From assembly GCA_934095865.1 (NCBI GenBank), contig CAKOKU010000004.1:18672-82671 (forward strand): a stretch of DNA of 64,000 nt, given 5' to 3'. This document shows positions 20,070 to 29,596 of the stretch, piece after piece (within the stretch, counting starts at the first letter, position 1; each line of letters begins with the position of its first letter). Under the pieces are notes generated by a model that did no database searches, was not told the DNA's origin, and worked only from the letters and a program-made list of their open reading frames with translations. The position numbers were made by a program, and so were the translations under genes. This DNA comes from an uncultured Bacilli bacterium (lineage in GTDB: Bacteria; Bacillota_I; Bacilli_A; RF39; UBA660).

Positions 20070-20518
20070 TGCGGGTTGTAGTACAAAGAAGTGGTTTATC
20101 TACCGTCAGCGTTGATAATAAAGTAGTTGGTAAAATAGATTCTGGATTAGTATTACTAGTTGGGTTTAAAACCGATGATACCACCAAAGACATCTACTAC
20201 ATGGTAAGAAAAGTCTTGAATTTAAGAATATTTCCTGATGAGGCTGGCGTTATGAATAAGAGTATCTTAGATTATGGTGGCGAAATTTTAAGTATTTCTC
20301 AGTTTACTTTATATGGCAATACCAAAAATGGAAATCGGCCTAGTTATATAATGGCTGCTAAACCAGATGTAGCTAGAGTAATGTATGAGGAATTTAATAC
20401 TAAATTAAAAGAATACGTTAAAGTTGCCACGGGTATATTTCAAACAGATATGGAAGTAAAAATAACTAATATTGGACCAACAACAATTATTATTGATAGT
20501 GATATAAAAAAAGAATAA
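20069..20518 (+). CDS. dtd: D-aminoacyl-tRNA deacylase
   Basis: MRVVVQR..., SQFTLYG, NIGPTT. Confidence 0.95.
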   Translation: MRVVVQRSGLSTVSVDNKVVGKIDSGLVLLVGFKTDDTTKDIYYMVRKVLNLRIFPDEAGVMNKSILDYGGEILSISQFTLYGNTKNGNRPSYIMAAKPDVARVMYEEFNTKLKEYVKVATGIFQTDMEVKITNIGPTTIIIDSDIKKE

Positions 20519-20560
20519 AAGAAAGTATTCAATTGTTACAATTGATAGAAGAGGTATTTT

Positions 20561-21889
20561 ATGTACGATGATTCAGCGGGGGCTATGTATGAGCAAGAAG
20601 AACAATTGCGAAAGGAACAATTAAGAAAAAAAAGATTATTAATAAGAAGAATTACGGTTGTATCCGTTTTATCCATTATTGCTATATATACTATTTTCTT
20701 TTTAATTGATCAAAGTCGGTTTAAAAAAGGCTTAAAGCCCATCATTACCTTCAAAGAAACAACTAAAACATATAATGATGGCACAGTAACATCTAGATAT
20801 GGTTTAGGCTGGGTTTTTAGAGAATATAATCGAGAATCACTAATTGATACCGAAATGGTACCAATATGGCGCAAAATAAGACAAGATTATGATGCTGCTA
20901 CTACGGTTGAGACTAATCTTCCTAAAGTAAATAAAGATTATACAATTCCAGATAATCCAGATGAATTAGAAAAAGTAGATGGGGTCTTATTCTTATATGA
21001 TAGTGGTAAATTATTAGATACTTATAAATGTATTTTATCAGAAAATGATTGCCAAATAGCGCCTTCTTATTTATATGCTGATGAAACAGCAGGCTTCTAT
21101 GATGTTAAAATGGATATTGTAGATAAAAGATATGCTTTTATTAAAGAATATCAAGACAAAGGCACTGAAGATGAACTAAGTATCATCTACTTATATGATA
21201 TAAAAAATAAACAAATAATTGCTAAATATGATGATGTTCACTATTCTAAAATAGAAAATGGTAAAGGAATAATTGATTCCTCTAAATATATTATTAAAAA
21301 AGATGGCTTATGGGGAATAGATCAAGTTATTAATGGTCGAATTTCTAATATCTTAAAGTATAGTTATTACGGCATTAATTTCAGCTTCACGAGCAAAAAA
21401 TATATTTTAAAAAGTGATAATGGCTATCAAATATATGATACCAACACTGATATTTATAGCGATTATATAACAGATAAAATTGAAGATGTTGTAACAGTAA
21501 ATAATACCGTATTCTATACAACAAAAATTGTTAACAGTACTGGTGTCTTTTATAAAATTTTCAACGCCAGTAACCTTGAAGATATTCTTGGTGATAATAT
21601 ATCTTATATCCAATTAGGTAATGGTTATATTACTTATGTAAAAGATAATAAGCTTTATCTAAGTGACTTTACTGGCAAAGATTTATTAAATATGGAAATA
21701 CCACTTTACTTCAATAATTATAATGGTGCCGGTCTTAAAGCATTTAGCATTGATGAATTTGACGGAAAATTATGTATCTCAACACCAAAAAGTGCTGATA
21801 AAACGCATTATTTAATCGAATATTATTTTGATTCAATTACATATTCATTTTTAAAAACAAGAGATAATGTTCGAGAAACAACTGAATAG
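20561..21889 (+). CDS. Membrane-anchored extracytoplasmic protein, possibly WG-repeat-like
   Basis: A charged N-terminus, one TM segment (ITVVSVLSIIAIYTIFFLI), then a beta-rich region with KKDGLWGID. Confidence 0.4.
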   Translation: MYDDSAGAMYEQEEQLRKEQLRKKRLLIRRITVVSVLSIIAIYTIFFLIDQSRFKKGLKPIITFKETTKTYNDGTVTSRYGLGWVFREYNRESLIDTEMVPIWRKIRQDYDAATTVETNLPKVNKDYTIPDNPDELEKVDGVLFLYDSGKLLDTYKCILSENDCQIAPSYLYADETAGFYDVKMDIVDKRYAFIKEYQDKGTEDELSIIYLYDIKNKQIIAKYDDVHYSKIENGKGIIDSSKYIIKKDGLWGIDQVINGRISNILKYSYYGINFSFTSKKYILKSDNGYQIYDTNTDIYSDYITDKIEDVVTVNNTVFYTTKIVNSTGVFYKIFNASNLEDILGDNISYIQLGNGYITYVKDNKLYLSDFTGKDLLNMEIPLYFNNYNGAGLKAFSIDEFDGKLCISTPKSADKTHYLIEYYFDSITYSFLKTRDNVRETTE

Positions 21890-21950
21890 CCCTAAAAAAG
21901 CTATTTTTTGTTTTTTTAACGAAAAAGAGTATTTGTTCTGTTAAGTTAAT

Positions 21951-21979
21951 TTGACTAAATTCCATAAAATTATTATAAT
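21951..21979 (+). promoter_or_regulatory. Near-consensus SigA promoter for the hisS-gatCAB operon
   Basis: TTGACT (21951..21956), 17-nt spacer, TATAAT (21974..21979). Confidence 0.6.
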
Positions 21980-22005
21980 AATGGTTGTATTTATTATGTA
22001 GTAGT

Positions 22006-22040
22006 AAATCTAGTAGATAATAATACTAGATTTATTTTTT
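22006..22040 (+). promoter_or_regulatory. Terminator-like hairpin in the short hisS leader
   Basis: AAATCTAGTA (22006..22015) pairs perfectly with TACTAGATTT (22024..22033), followed by ATTTTTT. It lies between the promoter and the hisS RBS. Confidence 0.4.
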
Positions 22041-22057
22041 AGAAAAGAGGATTTAAA

Positions 22058-23323
22058 ATGATTGCAAAACAAAAGGGAACTATTGATATATATGGTTTAG
22101 ATGCTAAAAAATGGCAGTATGTAACTAAACTAATAGAAGATTTGTGTCAAAGCTATAATTATGGTTGGGTTAGAACTCCTGTTTTTGAAGCAACTGAATT
22201 GTTCCACCGTGGGGTTGGGGAAACAACTGATATTGTAACTAAAGAAACCTACGATTTTCAAGATCGCGGTAATAGAAGCATAACCTTAAGACCAGAGGGA
22301 ACAGCTGGAGTAGTCAGAAGTTACATTGAAAATAAAATGTATGGCGATGCCACTCAACCAATAAAATTATTTTATATTGAGCCAATGTATCGCTATGAAA
22401 GACCCCAAAGTGGCCGCTTAAGAGAATTTAGTCAATTTGGCTGTGAAGTAATCGGTAGCGATGATGCCTTAATTGATGCTGAAGTAATTTCAATTCCCGT
22501 TAATCTTTTTAAAACTCTTGGCCTTCGTAATGTTCGCGTGAATATTAATACCTTGGGAGATAGAGAATCGAGAGAAAATTACCGAACAAATCTAATTAAT
22601 TATTTTAAACCACATATTGATGAATTATGTGAAGATTGTAAAGTCAGATTAGAAAAAAATCCTCTTCGTATTTTAGATTGCAAAGTTGATGCTGAAAGTA
22701 AACTAATAAAAGAAGCTCCTAAAACAATAGATTATTTAAATGAAGAATCTAAAAAACGTTTTGAAGCAGTTAAACACTACTTAGAAGTCATGGATATTGA
22801 CTATGTTGTTAATCCTAAAATAGTTCGTGGTCTAGACTATTATAACCATACTGTTTTTGAAATTATGGCGGATATTGATGACATGGGCAGTCAAAGTACT
22901 TTAGCAGCTGGTGGTAGATACAATGGTATGATAGAGTCATTAGGAGGCCCAGCAACGCCAGCTATTGGTTTTGCTTGTGGTCTTGATCGCTTAATGCTTG
23001 CCCTTGAAAAAGAAGATATTGAATTGCCAATTAAAAACTGGATAGATGCCTACATTATGTATGTTTCGGACACGGAAAAAGATTATGCTGCTAGTATTTG
23101 TCAAAACCTTCGTCTTAGTGGCTTTGATATTGAAATGGAAAATATGCAACGTAGTTTAAAGGCTCAATTTAAACAAGCTGACAGATTAAATTCTAAATTC
23201 TTGATTATTTTAAATGACGAGGATATTAAAAATAAAGTAATTAAAATTAAAGATAATGTTACTAAAGAAGAAGTTAGTATCAATGAAGAAGAATTAATAG
23301 ACTACTTAAATATGAATATGTAA
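22058..23323 (+). CDS. hisS: Histidine--tRNA ligase
   Basis: Class II motifs (YRYERPQSGRLREFSQFG, GGRYNGM) and an anticodon-binding C-terminus. Confidence 0.97.
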   Translation: MIAKQKGTIDIYGLDAKKWQYVTKLIEDLCQSYNYGWVRTPVFEATELFHRGVGETTDIVTKETYDFQDRGNRSITLRPEGTAGVVRSYIENKMYGDATQPIKLFYIEPMYRYERPQSGRLREFSQFGCEVIGSDDALIDAEVISIPVNLFKTLGLRNVRVNINTLGDRESRENYRTNLINYFKPHIDELCEDCKVRLEKNPLRILDCKVDAESKLIKEAPKTIDYLNEESKKRFEAVKHYLEVMDIDYVVNPKIVRGLDYYNHTVFEIMADIDDMGSQSTLAAGGRYNGMIESLGGPATPAIGFACGLDRLMLALEKEDIELPIKNWIDAYIMYVSDTEKDYAASICQNLRLSGFDIEMENMQRSLKAQFKQADRLNSKFLIILNDEDIKNKVIKIKDNVTKEEVSINEEELIDYLNMNM

Positions 23324-23333
23324 AGGTGATAAC

Positions 23334-23630
23334 ATGAGTAAATTTACTAAACAAATGGTTGATTGTTATGCTGATAAATTGCTTATTGGCTTAACCGAAG
23401 AAGAAAATAAAATGGTTTTAGATGAATTTGAACAAATAGATAAAGATATTGCAATTATAAACGAAATTCCTAATATTAGTGATGTCGAACCAATGAGTTA
23501 TTGTCTAGATAATATGGAATGCCGCTTAAATGAAGATAAAACTACATCTACCCCTCCAATTGAAGAATTGCTAAGAAATAGTGGTCAAAAAGTGGGTAGA
23601 GAAGTTCAAATAGTAAAGGTTGTTGGATAA
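23334..23630 (+). CDS. gatC: Asp/Glu-tRNA amidotransferase subunit C
   Basis: 98 aa, directly upstream of gatA-gatB. Confidence 0.9.
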   Translation: MSKFTKQMVDCYADKLLIGLTEEENKMVLDEFEQIDKDIAIINEIPNISDVEPMSYCLDNMECRLNEDKTTSTPPIEELLRNSGQKVGREVQIVKVVG

Positions 23631-23631
23631 G

Positions 23632-25092
23632 ATGTATAATAAATTGAGTATAGAAGAACTACATAAATTACTTGTTAGTGGTCAAGTTAGCTCTGAAGAA
23701 CTAATCAAAGAATCTTTAGAATTATCAAAAGAAGTTCAAAAAAATTGTAATGCCTTTGCCTTAATTTTAGATAATGCTGTCGCAATGCCAATAACTGATA
23801 ATTTATTAAGTGGCATTCCTTATGGCATAAAAGATAATTACTCGACTAAAGATATAGAGTCATGTGCATCAAGTAATACTTTAACAGGCTATGTCCCTTT
23901 CTTTGATGCCACTGTAATTGCCAAGTTAAAAGCAGCCGGTGCTGTTGCTGTAAACAAAACTGCTATGGATGAATTCGGAATGGGTGGTACTGGTACAACC
24001 GCTAAAACAGGTTTTATTCATAATCCTTGGGACACTAGTAGAATGTGTGGTGGTTCCTCAAGTGGTTCCGCCGCTGCCGTAGCTGCTGGAGTGTATCCAT
24101 ATGCCTTAGGTAGTGATACTGGCGACTCTATTCGTAAACCAGCTGCATATTGTGGTATTGTTGGCTATAAACCAACATATGGAATGATATCAAGATATGG
24201 TTTGTTTCCTTTTGCTTCCAGTCTTGACCATTGTGGAGTTCTAACAAGAAGTGTTGCTGATGCTGCCATTGTCGTTGATAATATCAAAGGCCTTGATGAG
24301 GCTGATATGACATCATGGGATAGTAGTAAGATAAATCTTTATGCTAATCTTAAAAATGATTTAAAGGCAAGAAAACTATGCTATATTAAGGAAATTGTTT
24401 CACTAGATAATTATGAAAATCCTAGTGAAGAATTAAAAAAACATTTAACAAATTTTATGAATGTTATTAATAATTTAAAAGAGCATGGTGTTGAAATTGA
24501 AGAAGTTAGCGTTGATAAGACACTACTTAATGCCGTTGCTTCTTGTTATGTAGTTATTTCTTGTGCTGAAGCTACCTCAAATATGTCAAACTTAACGGGT
24601 ATTAATTTCGGACCTCGTGGCCAAGCAGATAATATCTATGCAGCTATGAAAGATCATCGTACAAAAGGATTTTCACCATTAATTAAAAGAAGATTTATCA
24701 TTGGTTCCTATGTTTTGCAAAGAGAAAATCAAGAACGTTATTTCAATAATGCTAAACGAGTAAGAAGACTAATAGTAGATGAATGGAAGAAGTTATTTCA
24801 AACTTATGATGCTGTTATTTTGCCTGTGGGAAGTGGCCCAGCCCCTTTCTTGGAAGGCTCTAAAAATACCTTAGCTGGCGGCGCAAAAATTCTAGAAGAA
24901 CACTTACAAATAGGCAATTTTGGTGGCTTCCCATCTATAACCGTTCCTGATGGTTTTGTAAATGGCTTACCAGTTGGCCTAAATATTACTGGTAATTGTT
25001 ATAATGACCAAACCGTACTTAATATAGCTTATGGTATTGAATCAACTATGACTTATAAAAATCAAATTGCTAAGGAGGTTTCTCATGAATAA
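23632..25092 (+). CDS. gatA: Asp/Glu-tRNA amidotransferase subunit A
   Basis: Amidase signature GGSSSGSAAAVAAG. The track ORF starts at TTG 23620 inside gatC; ATG at 23632, just after the gatC stop, is likelier. Confidence 0.95.
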   Translation: MYNKLSIEELHKLLVSGQVSSEELIKESLELSKEVQKNCNAFALILDNAVAMPITDNLLSGIPYGIKDNYSTKDIESCASSNTLTGYVPFFDATVIAKLKAAGAVAVNKTAMDEFGMGGTGTTAKTGFIHNPWDTSRMCGGSSSGSAAAVAAGVYPYALGSDTGDSIRKPAAYCGIVGYKPTYGMISRYGLFPFASSLDHCGVLTRSVADAAIVVDNIKGLDEADMTSWDSSKINLYANLKNDLKARKLCYIKEIVSLDNYENPSEELKKHLTNFMNVINNLKEHGVEIEEVSVDKTLLNAVASCYVVISCAEATSNMSNLTGINFGPRGQADNIYAAMKDHRTKGFSPLIKRRFIIGSYVLQRENQERYFNNAKRVRRLIVDEWKKLFQTYDAVILPVGSGPAPFLEGSKNTLAGGAKILEEHLQIGNFGGFPSITVPDGFVNGLPVGLNITGNCYNDQTVLNIAYGIESTMTYKNQIAKEVSHE

Positions 25093-26521
25093 TGAATTAG
25101 AACTAGTAGTCGGCATTGAAATGCACTGCGAACTAAAAAGTAAGGCTAAAGCTTTCTCAACTGGTATTAATGGTTTTAGTGATACAGCTAATGTCTTTGT
25201 TTCACCAGTTGATATGGCATTTCCAGGAACCTTACCAATTGTTAATAAGACTTGTGTAAAGCACGCTGTTAAAATGGCTAAAATCTTAAATTGCCAAATA
25301 GCAGATATAATGCAATTTGACCGTAAAAATTATTATTATCCAGATCTTCCTAAAGGTTATCAAATTACCCAATGTACTAATCCGGTTGGTATCAATGGTA
25401 AATTAGAAATCCCTGTGGGTGAAAGAACGATTACTGTTTCTATTCATGATATCCATTTGGAAGAAGATACTGCTAGTTTGGACCATTTTGCAAAAATGAC
25501 GACGATTGATTATAATCGTGCTGGCGTACCGCTACTTGAAATTGTTACCGAACCATGTTTTAATTCTGCTAAAGAAGTAATGGCTTTTCTAGAGTATATT
25601 CGTGATTGTTACCGTTATTGTGATATTTCTGATGCTGATACTAGAAAAGGTCAAATCAGATGTGATGTTAATATCAATCTAAAGAAAGATGGTAAGTATG
25701 TAACACCAAGAGTAGAAGTAAAAGGTGTCGATTTTCAAAACATTGAAGCTACTATTAAATACGAAGAGGAAAGACAAAGAAAAACTTATTTAAACAATGA
25801 AGCTGATAAATTAGTTCAAGAAACAAGAAGATTTGATGAAGCTACCAGTACAACTATTAGCATGCGTACCAAAGAAGATGCCATTGATTATAAGTATTTC
25901 TTAGATCCAAACATTCCACCATATAAACTAACTAAGGAATTTATTGAAGATGTCATTCATGAAATTCCTGTCTTACCACTTGAACGTAAGAAACTTTATA
26001 TGGAAACTTATGATTTAAATGAGTATGATAGTAATATTTTAATAAAAAATAAAGAAATTGCTGATTATTTTGAAGAGTGTGTTAAAATAGGCATCGATGC
26101 TAAAACGGCTGCCAACTGGATAACCGTAAATATAGTAACTGAACTAAATAAAGATAACGGTTCTATTAAAGATTTCTATATTAAACCATTCATGTTAAAA
26201 GAAATAACAGATGCTATTCATAAAGGTACTATTTCTAGTAAACAAGCTAAAGAAGTATTTACTAAAGCCTTAGAAAATAAAAAAGAACCAAAAGAGTTTA
26301 TTTCTAAAGAAAATGCCCAGATTTCCGATGAAGATACTATTCGCACTTTAATCAAAGAAATAATCGTGCATAATGAGCCACAAAAAAGAGCATACTTAAA
26401 TGGAAAAACAAATTTATTTGATTACTTTGTGGGTCAAGTAATGAAAGAAACAAAGGGTAAAGCTAATCCAGTGATTACAAAAGCAATTTTAAAAGCAGAA
26501 TTAGAAAGTAAAGAAGATTAA
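25085..26521 (+). CDS. gatB: Asp/Glu-tRNA amidotransferase subunit B
   Basis: VVGIEMHCEL..., YDRAGVPLLEIVTEP-type core, YqeY-like tail. ATG at 25085 follows AGGAGG (the track ORF begins at 25067). Confidence 0.95.
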   Translation: MNNELELVVGIEMHCELKSKAKAFSTGINGFSDTANVFVSPVDMAFPGTLPIVNKTCVKHAVKMAKILNCQIADIMQFDRKNYYYPDLPKGYQITQCTNPVGINGKLEIPVGERTITVSIHDIHLEEDTASLDHFAKMTTIDYNRAGVPLLEIVTEPCFNSAKEVMAFLEYIRDCYRYCDISDADTRKGQIRCDVNINLKKDGKYVTPRVEVKGVDFQNIEATIKYEEERQRKTYLNNEADKLVQETRRFDEATSTTISMRTKEDAIDYKYFLDPNIPPYKLTKEFIEDVIHEIPVLPLERKKLYMETYDLNEYDSNILIKNKEIADYFEECVKIGIDAKTAANWITVNIVTELNKDNGSIKDFYIKPFMLKEITDAIHKGTISSKQAKEVFTKALENKKEPKEFISKENAQISDEDTIRTLIKEIIVHNEPQKRAYLNGKTNLFDYFVGQVMKETKGKANPVITKAILKAELESKED

Positions 26522-26564
26522 TATAAATAAGGGGGATTATAAGACTAGGAGGTCTTTTAAGTAG

Positions 26565-27353
26565 ATGAGAAAAAAAGTAATATTAATAAGCACGATTATT
26601 ATGTGCCTAACTATTATTACTGCCGTAGCTGTCAAAAAAAGACAATACAAAAGTATAATAAATGTCCCAAATATGGATTCTTATATAACTTTATCCGCTA
26701 AAGATATAGTTAATAATCAAATAGAAGAAAGTATTGAAAATAATCAAGAAACATATGCGTTCTTTGCTAATATGTTTGGTATTGATATTAACAACTTAAA
26801 ACAAGAAATAAGCGAAAGTGTAGATAATCAATTCAACGAATTAGATATTTTAAATACTGGTGAGAATAAGAAAAATATTGATTTAGCCTTAATAGAATAT
26901 TTAACAGCCCTAGAAAATAAGAAACCAGAATTATTTAATCGTAAATATTCTTATAAAGAAACAAATAAACAATACGTTTATAATTTAATTGAATATTTTG
27001 TTTCTCTTTATCCAAGTGTTGATGTTAGAACTGCTAAAGCTATTACTTGGATTGAAACTGGTAATTTAGAAGCCAATAGTATGTTAAGAAAAAATAATAT
27101 TTTTGGAGGAATGAGTAATGGTAAATTAACTGAATATTCTTCCATTGAGTATGGCGTATATAAATACATATCACTATTAAAAAATAATTATTTTGACAAT
27201 GGCTTAGTAACTATTGAACAAATTGGTTATAAATATAACCCAACCATCATTGATGGTGTTAAACAAGCCAATCCGACGTGGGTAAATAATGTCAATGTTT
27301 ACCGCAATAAATTTGCCAGTGATATTAAAATTACATCTGTAAGTCAACTATAA
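26565..27353 (+). CDS. Signal-anchored protein with a glucosaminidase-like (LytD/FlgJ-type) C-terminal domain
   Basis: N-terminal TM segment. WIETGNLEANSMLRKNNIFGG resembles the ESGxG...NNxFG motif of PF01832-type muramidase/glucosaminidase domains. Confidence 0.45.
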   Translation: MRKKVILISTIIMCLTIITAVAVKKRQYKSIINVPNMDSYITLSAKDIVNNQIEESIENNQETYAFFANMFGIDINNLKQEISESVDNQFNELDILNTGENKKNIDLALIEYLTALENKKPELFNRKYSYKETNKQYVYNLIEYFVSLYPSVDVRTAKAITWIETGNLEANSMLRKNNIFGGMSNGKLTEYSSIEYGVYKYISLLKNNYFDNGLVTIEQIGYKYNPTIIDGVKQANPTWVNNVNVYRNKFASDIKITSVSQL

Positions 27354-27465
27354 AAAGTAATTAAAGATATGCTTAAACAAAATAGCATCGTCTAAAATTG
27401 CTTTTTTTATTTCAAAATTTTTAGCATCCAATAAGTAAATAATTACTCAGATAATTAGAAAACAA

Positions 27466-27494
27466 TTAACTTTTATAGTTTAGAATGGTATAAT
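27466..27494 (+). promoter_or_regulatory. Candidate SigA promoter for the HerA-like gene
   Basis: TTAACT, 17-nt spacer, TATAAT (27489..27494) with TGg extended -10. Confidence 0.5.
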
Positions 27495-27523
27495 TACTTT
27501 ATAAGAATAAGGAGAGTTTTAAG

Positions 27524-29287
27524 ATGTTTGGAAAAATAAAATACATTACTGAAGGAGAAGCACATGTTGAGTCTCTTTTACAGCCTGGTCAAGATGTTGA
27601 CTTGATGAATAATAATGTTGTCTTTGAAGCTGAAAATCAACGAATACTTGGTGAAATTGAAGAAGTAAATGATAATGTCATTAAAATAAGATTTTTAGGA
27701 GAATTCATTGGAGATAAATATATAAGTGGTGTTATCAGAAAACCAGTCATGTCATCAACTATAAGACAAATTAATAATGACGAATTAAAAAGTCTAATGG
27801 GAATTTATAGTGATAAAACATTTATCTTAGGCCAATCAGCTATCTATAAAGGCAATACTGTATATGTAGATATAAATGATCTTTTATCTAATCACATGGC
27901 CATTTTTGGTAACTCTGGTTCCGGCAAATCATGTGGAGTAGCTAGAATGGTGCAAAATCTATTTTCAAATCCTAATTTTATTGCCTATAATGCTAATATT
28001 TTTATTTTTGACGCTTATGGTGAATATAAAACTGCTTTTAGTAAATTAAATGAACTAAACCCTAATTATAGTTATAAATTTATTACAACTAATCCAACGG
28101 ATGCTACCGACCAAAGATTAGCTATTCCAGTTCATTTATTGACATTAGATGATATGACTCTTTTGTTACAAGTTTCAAGTCATACCCAAATTCCTATAAT
28201 AGAAAGAGCATTAAAATTAGCTAAAATCTTTGCGGATATTTCCGATGAAGCGGCAATGTATAAAAACCACTTAATTGCCAAAGCCTTACTAGCCATTTTA
28301 TTTAGTAATGAAACAACAAAAGAAAAGAAAAATGAAATATTTCAAGTAATTCAAGTATGCCATACTAATGAATTTAATTTTGATACAGATATTCCTGGTG
28401 TCGGTTATACTCGTAAATTCAGCGAATGTTTTGAAATCGATTCTCATGGTAATTTTGGCGAATCAGTTTTAATAAATGAATACATTTTAAAATTTATTAA
28501 TGATGATCTTGAAGGTAAAATAATTACCAAACCAGTTTATTATACCTTAAAAGACTTTGCAAGTGCTCTAGAATTCACTTTAATTTCCGAAGGATTTTTA
28601 CATAATGATGCCATCAGAGACGATGCTAGTATTTTAAAAGTAAGACTAAATTCTATTCTAAATAGTAGTGTTGGAACATACTTTAATTATCCTAACTATA
28701 TTACACTAGAACAGTATATTGCATCCTTAGTAGCAACCGGTGAAAGAAGAAAAGCCCAGATTATTAACATAAATCTAGAAGATATGGATGATACTTATGC
28801 AAAAGTAATAGTAAAGATATACGCTAGAATGTTCTTTGAATTTGCTAAAACTCGTACTCAAAGAGCCAGTATTCCATTCCATCTATTTTTAGAAGAAGCC
28901 CATAGATATGTTTCTAAAGATATGGATACTTTCTTATTAGGTTATAATATCTTTGAACGTATTGCCAAAGAAGGTCGTAAATATGGTGTCTTATTAAATA
29001 TTATATCTCAGCGTCCAGTTGAAATAAGTGATACTGTTATATCTCAATGTAGTAACTTTTTAATCTTTAAAATGACACACCCAAAAGATATTGAATATAT
29101 CAGAACAATGCTTCCCAATATTAGTCAAGATGTTATTGAAAAGCAAAAAGTTTTACAACCAGGTAACTGTGTAGGGTTCGGTGGGGCCTTTAAATTACCA
29201 ATGATTATAAAACTAGAAATGCCAAATCCAATGCCATATTCAACAAACTGCGATGTAAATCAAAGATGGCGTATTCATACAAATTAA
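27524..29287 (+). CDS. HerA/FtsK-clade ATPase (DUF87-type)
   Basis: N-terminal HAS-barrel-like region, Walker A GNSGSGKSCG, Walker B-like HLFLEEAHRY, and SQRPVEISDTVISQCSNFLIFKM. Confidence 0.75.
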   Translation: MFGKIKYITEGEAHVESLLQPGQDVDLMNNNVVFEAENQRILGEIEEVNDNVIKIRFLGEFIGDKYISGVIRKPVMSSTIRQINNDELKSLMGIYSDKTFILGQSAIYKGNTVYVDINDLLSNHMAIFGNSGSGKSCGVARMVQNLFSNPNFIAYNANIFIFDAYGEYKTAFSKLNELNPNYSYKFITTNPTDATDQRLAIPVHLLTLDDMTLLLQVSSHTQIPIIERALKLAKIFADISDEAAMYKNHLIAKALLAILFSNETTKEKKNEIFQVIQVCHTNEFNFDTDIPGVGYTRKFSECFEIDSHGNFGESVLINEYILKFINDDLEGKIITKPVYYTLKDFASALEFTLISEGFLHNDAIRDDASILKVRLNSILNSSVGTYFNYPNYITLEQYIASLVATGERRKAQIININLEDMDDTYAKVIVKIYARMFFEFAKTRTQRASIPFHLFLEEAHRYVSKDMDTFLLGYNIFERIAKEGRKYGVLLNIISQRPVEISDTVISQCSNFLIFKMTHPKDIEYIRTMLPNISQDVIEKQKVLQPGNCVGFGGAFKLPMIIKLEMPNPMPYSTNCDVNQRWRIHTN

Positions 29288-29363
29288 TAAAAAAATTATT
29301 AATATCATTAAAATTGTTGCTTAAAAGTTTAATACTATTTTAAACAAAATTAAAGTAAAATTA

Positions 29364-29392
29364 TTGCTTATATCAAAGTAATATGATAAACT
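29364..29392 (+). promoter_or_regulatory. Candidate promoter for the 6S RNA
   Basis: TTGCTT, 17-nt spacer, TAAACT preceded by TGa. It would start transcription at about 29398..29400, where the closing helix begins. Confidence 0.45.
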
Positions 29393-29397
29393 TAAAT

Positions 29398-29572
29398 TAC
29401 CAAAGGGAAATTAATCTATTTACATAAAACCGAGTAAGTGATTATAAGGGAATCTAATTAAATTGTGGTGTAGAAAGTCTAGGCTACGGCTCTAGAAATC
29501 CTAAAGCAGTTTATGTGATGCCCACCTGCGTGGAGCGGGTTTTTATCACAGTAGATTAATCCTTTGGTTTTT
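29398..29572 (+). ncRNA. ssrS: 6S RNA (ssrS-like), about 175 nt
   Basis: The long closing helix CCAAAGGGAAATTAATCTA (29400..) pairs with TAGATTAATCCTTTGG (..29567), then a T-run. It has a GC-enriched interior, an apical stem around GTCTAGGC-TACG-GCTCTAGA, and a small CCAC-CTGC-GTGG hairpin on the 3' side of the internal loop. The position immediately upstream of tcdA(yrvM)/rarA(yrvN) matches where I recall B. subtilis bsrA (6S-1). Confidence 0.6.
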
Positions 29573-29596
29573 AATTGTAAAAAATAAGGTGATATC

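Noticed and set aside
21890-22057. Possible T-box riboswitch upstream of hisS, as in Bacillus hisS-aspS.
   Set aside because: The gap is 168 nt in total and about 70 nt after the promoter. There is no T-box sequence, specifier loop or AG bulge.
29470-29495. AGAAAGTCTAGGC resembles the GGAAAGUCCGGGC core of RNase P RNA.
   Set aside because: The whole structured segment is only about 175 nt, and the other universally conserved RNase P regions are absent. The closing helix, T-run and synteny fit 6S RNA better.
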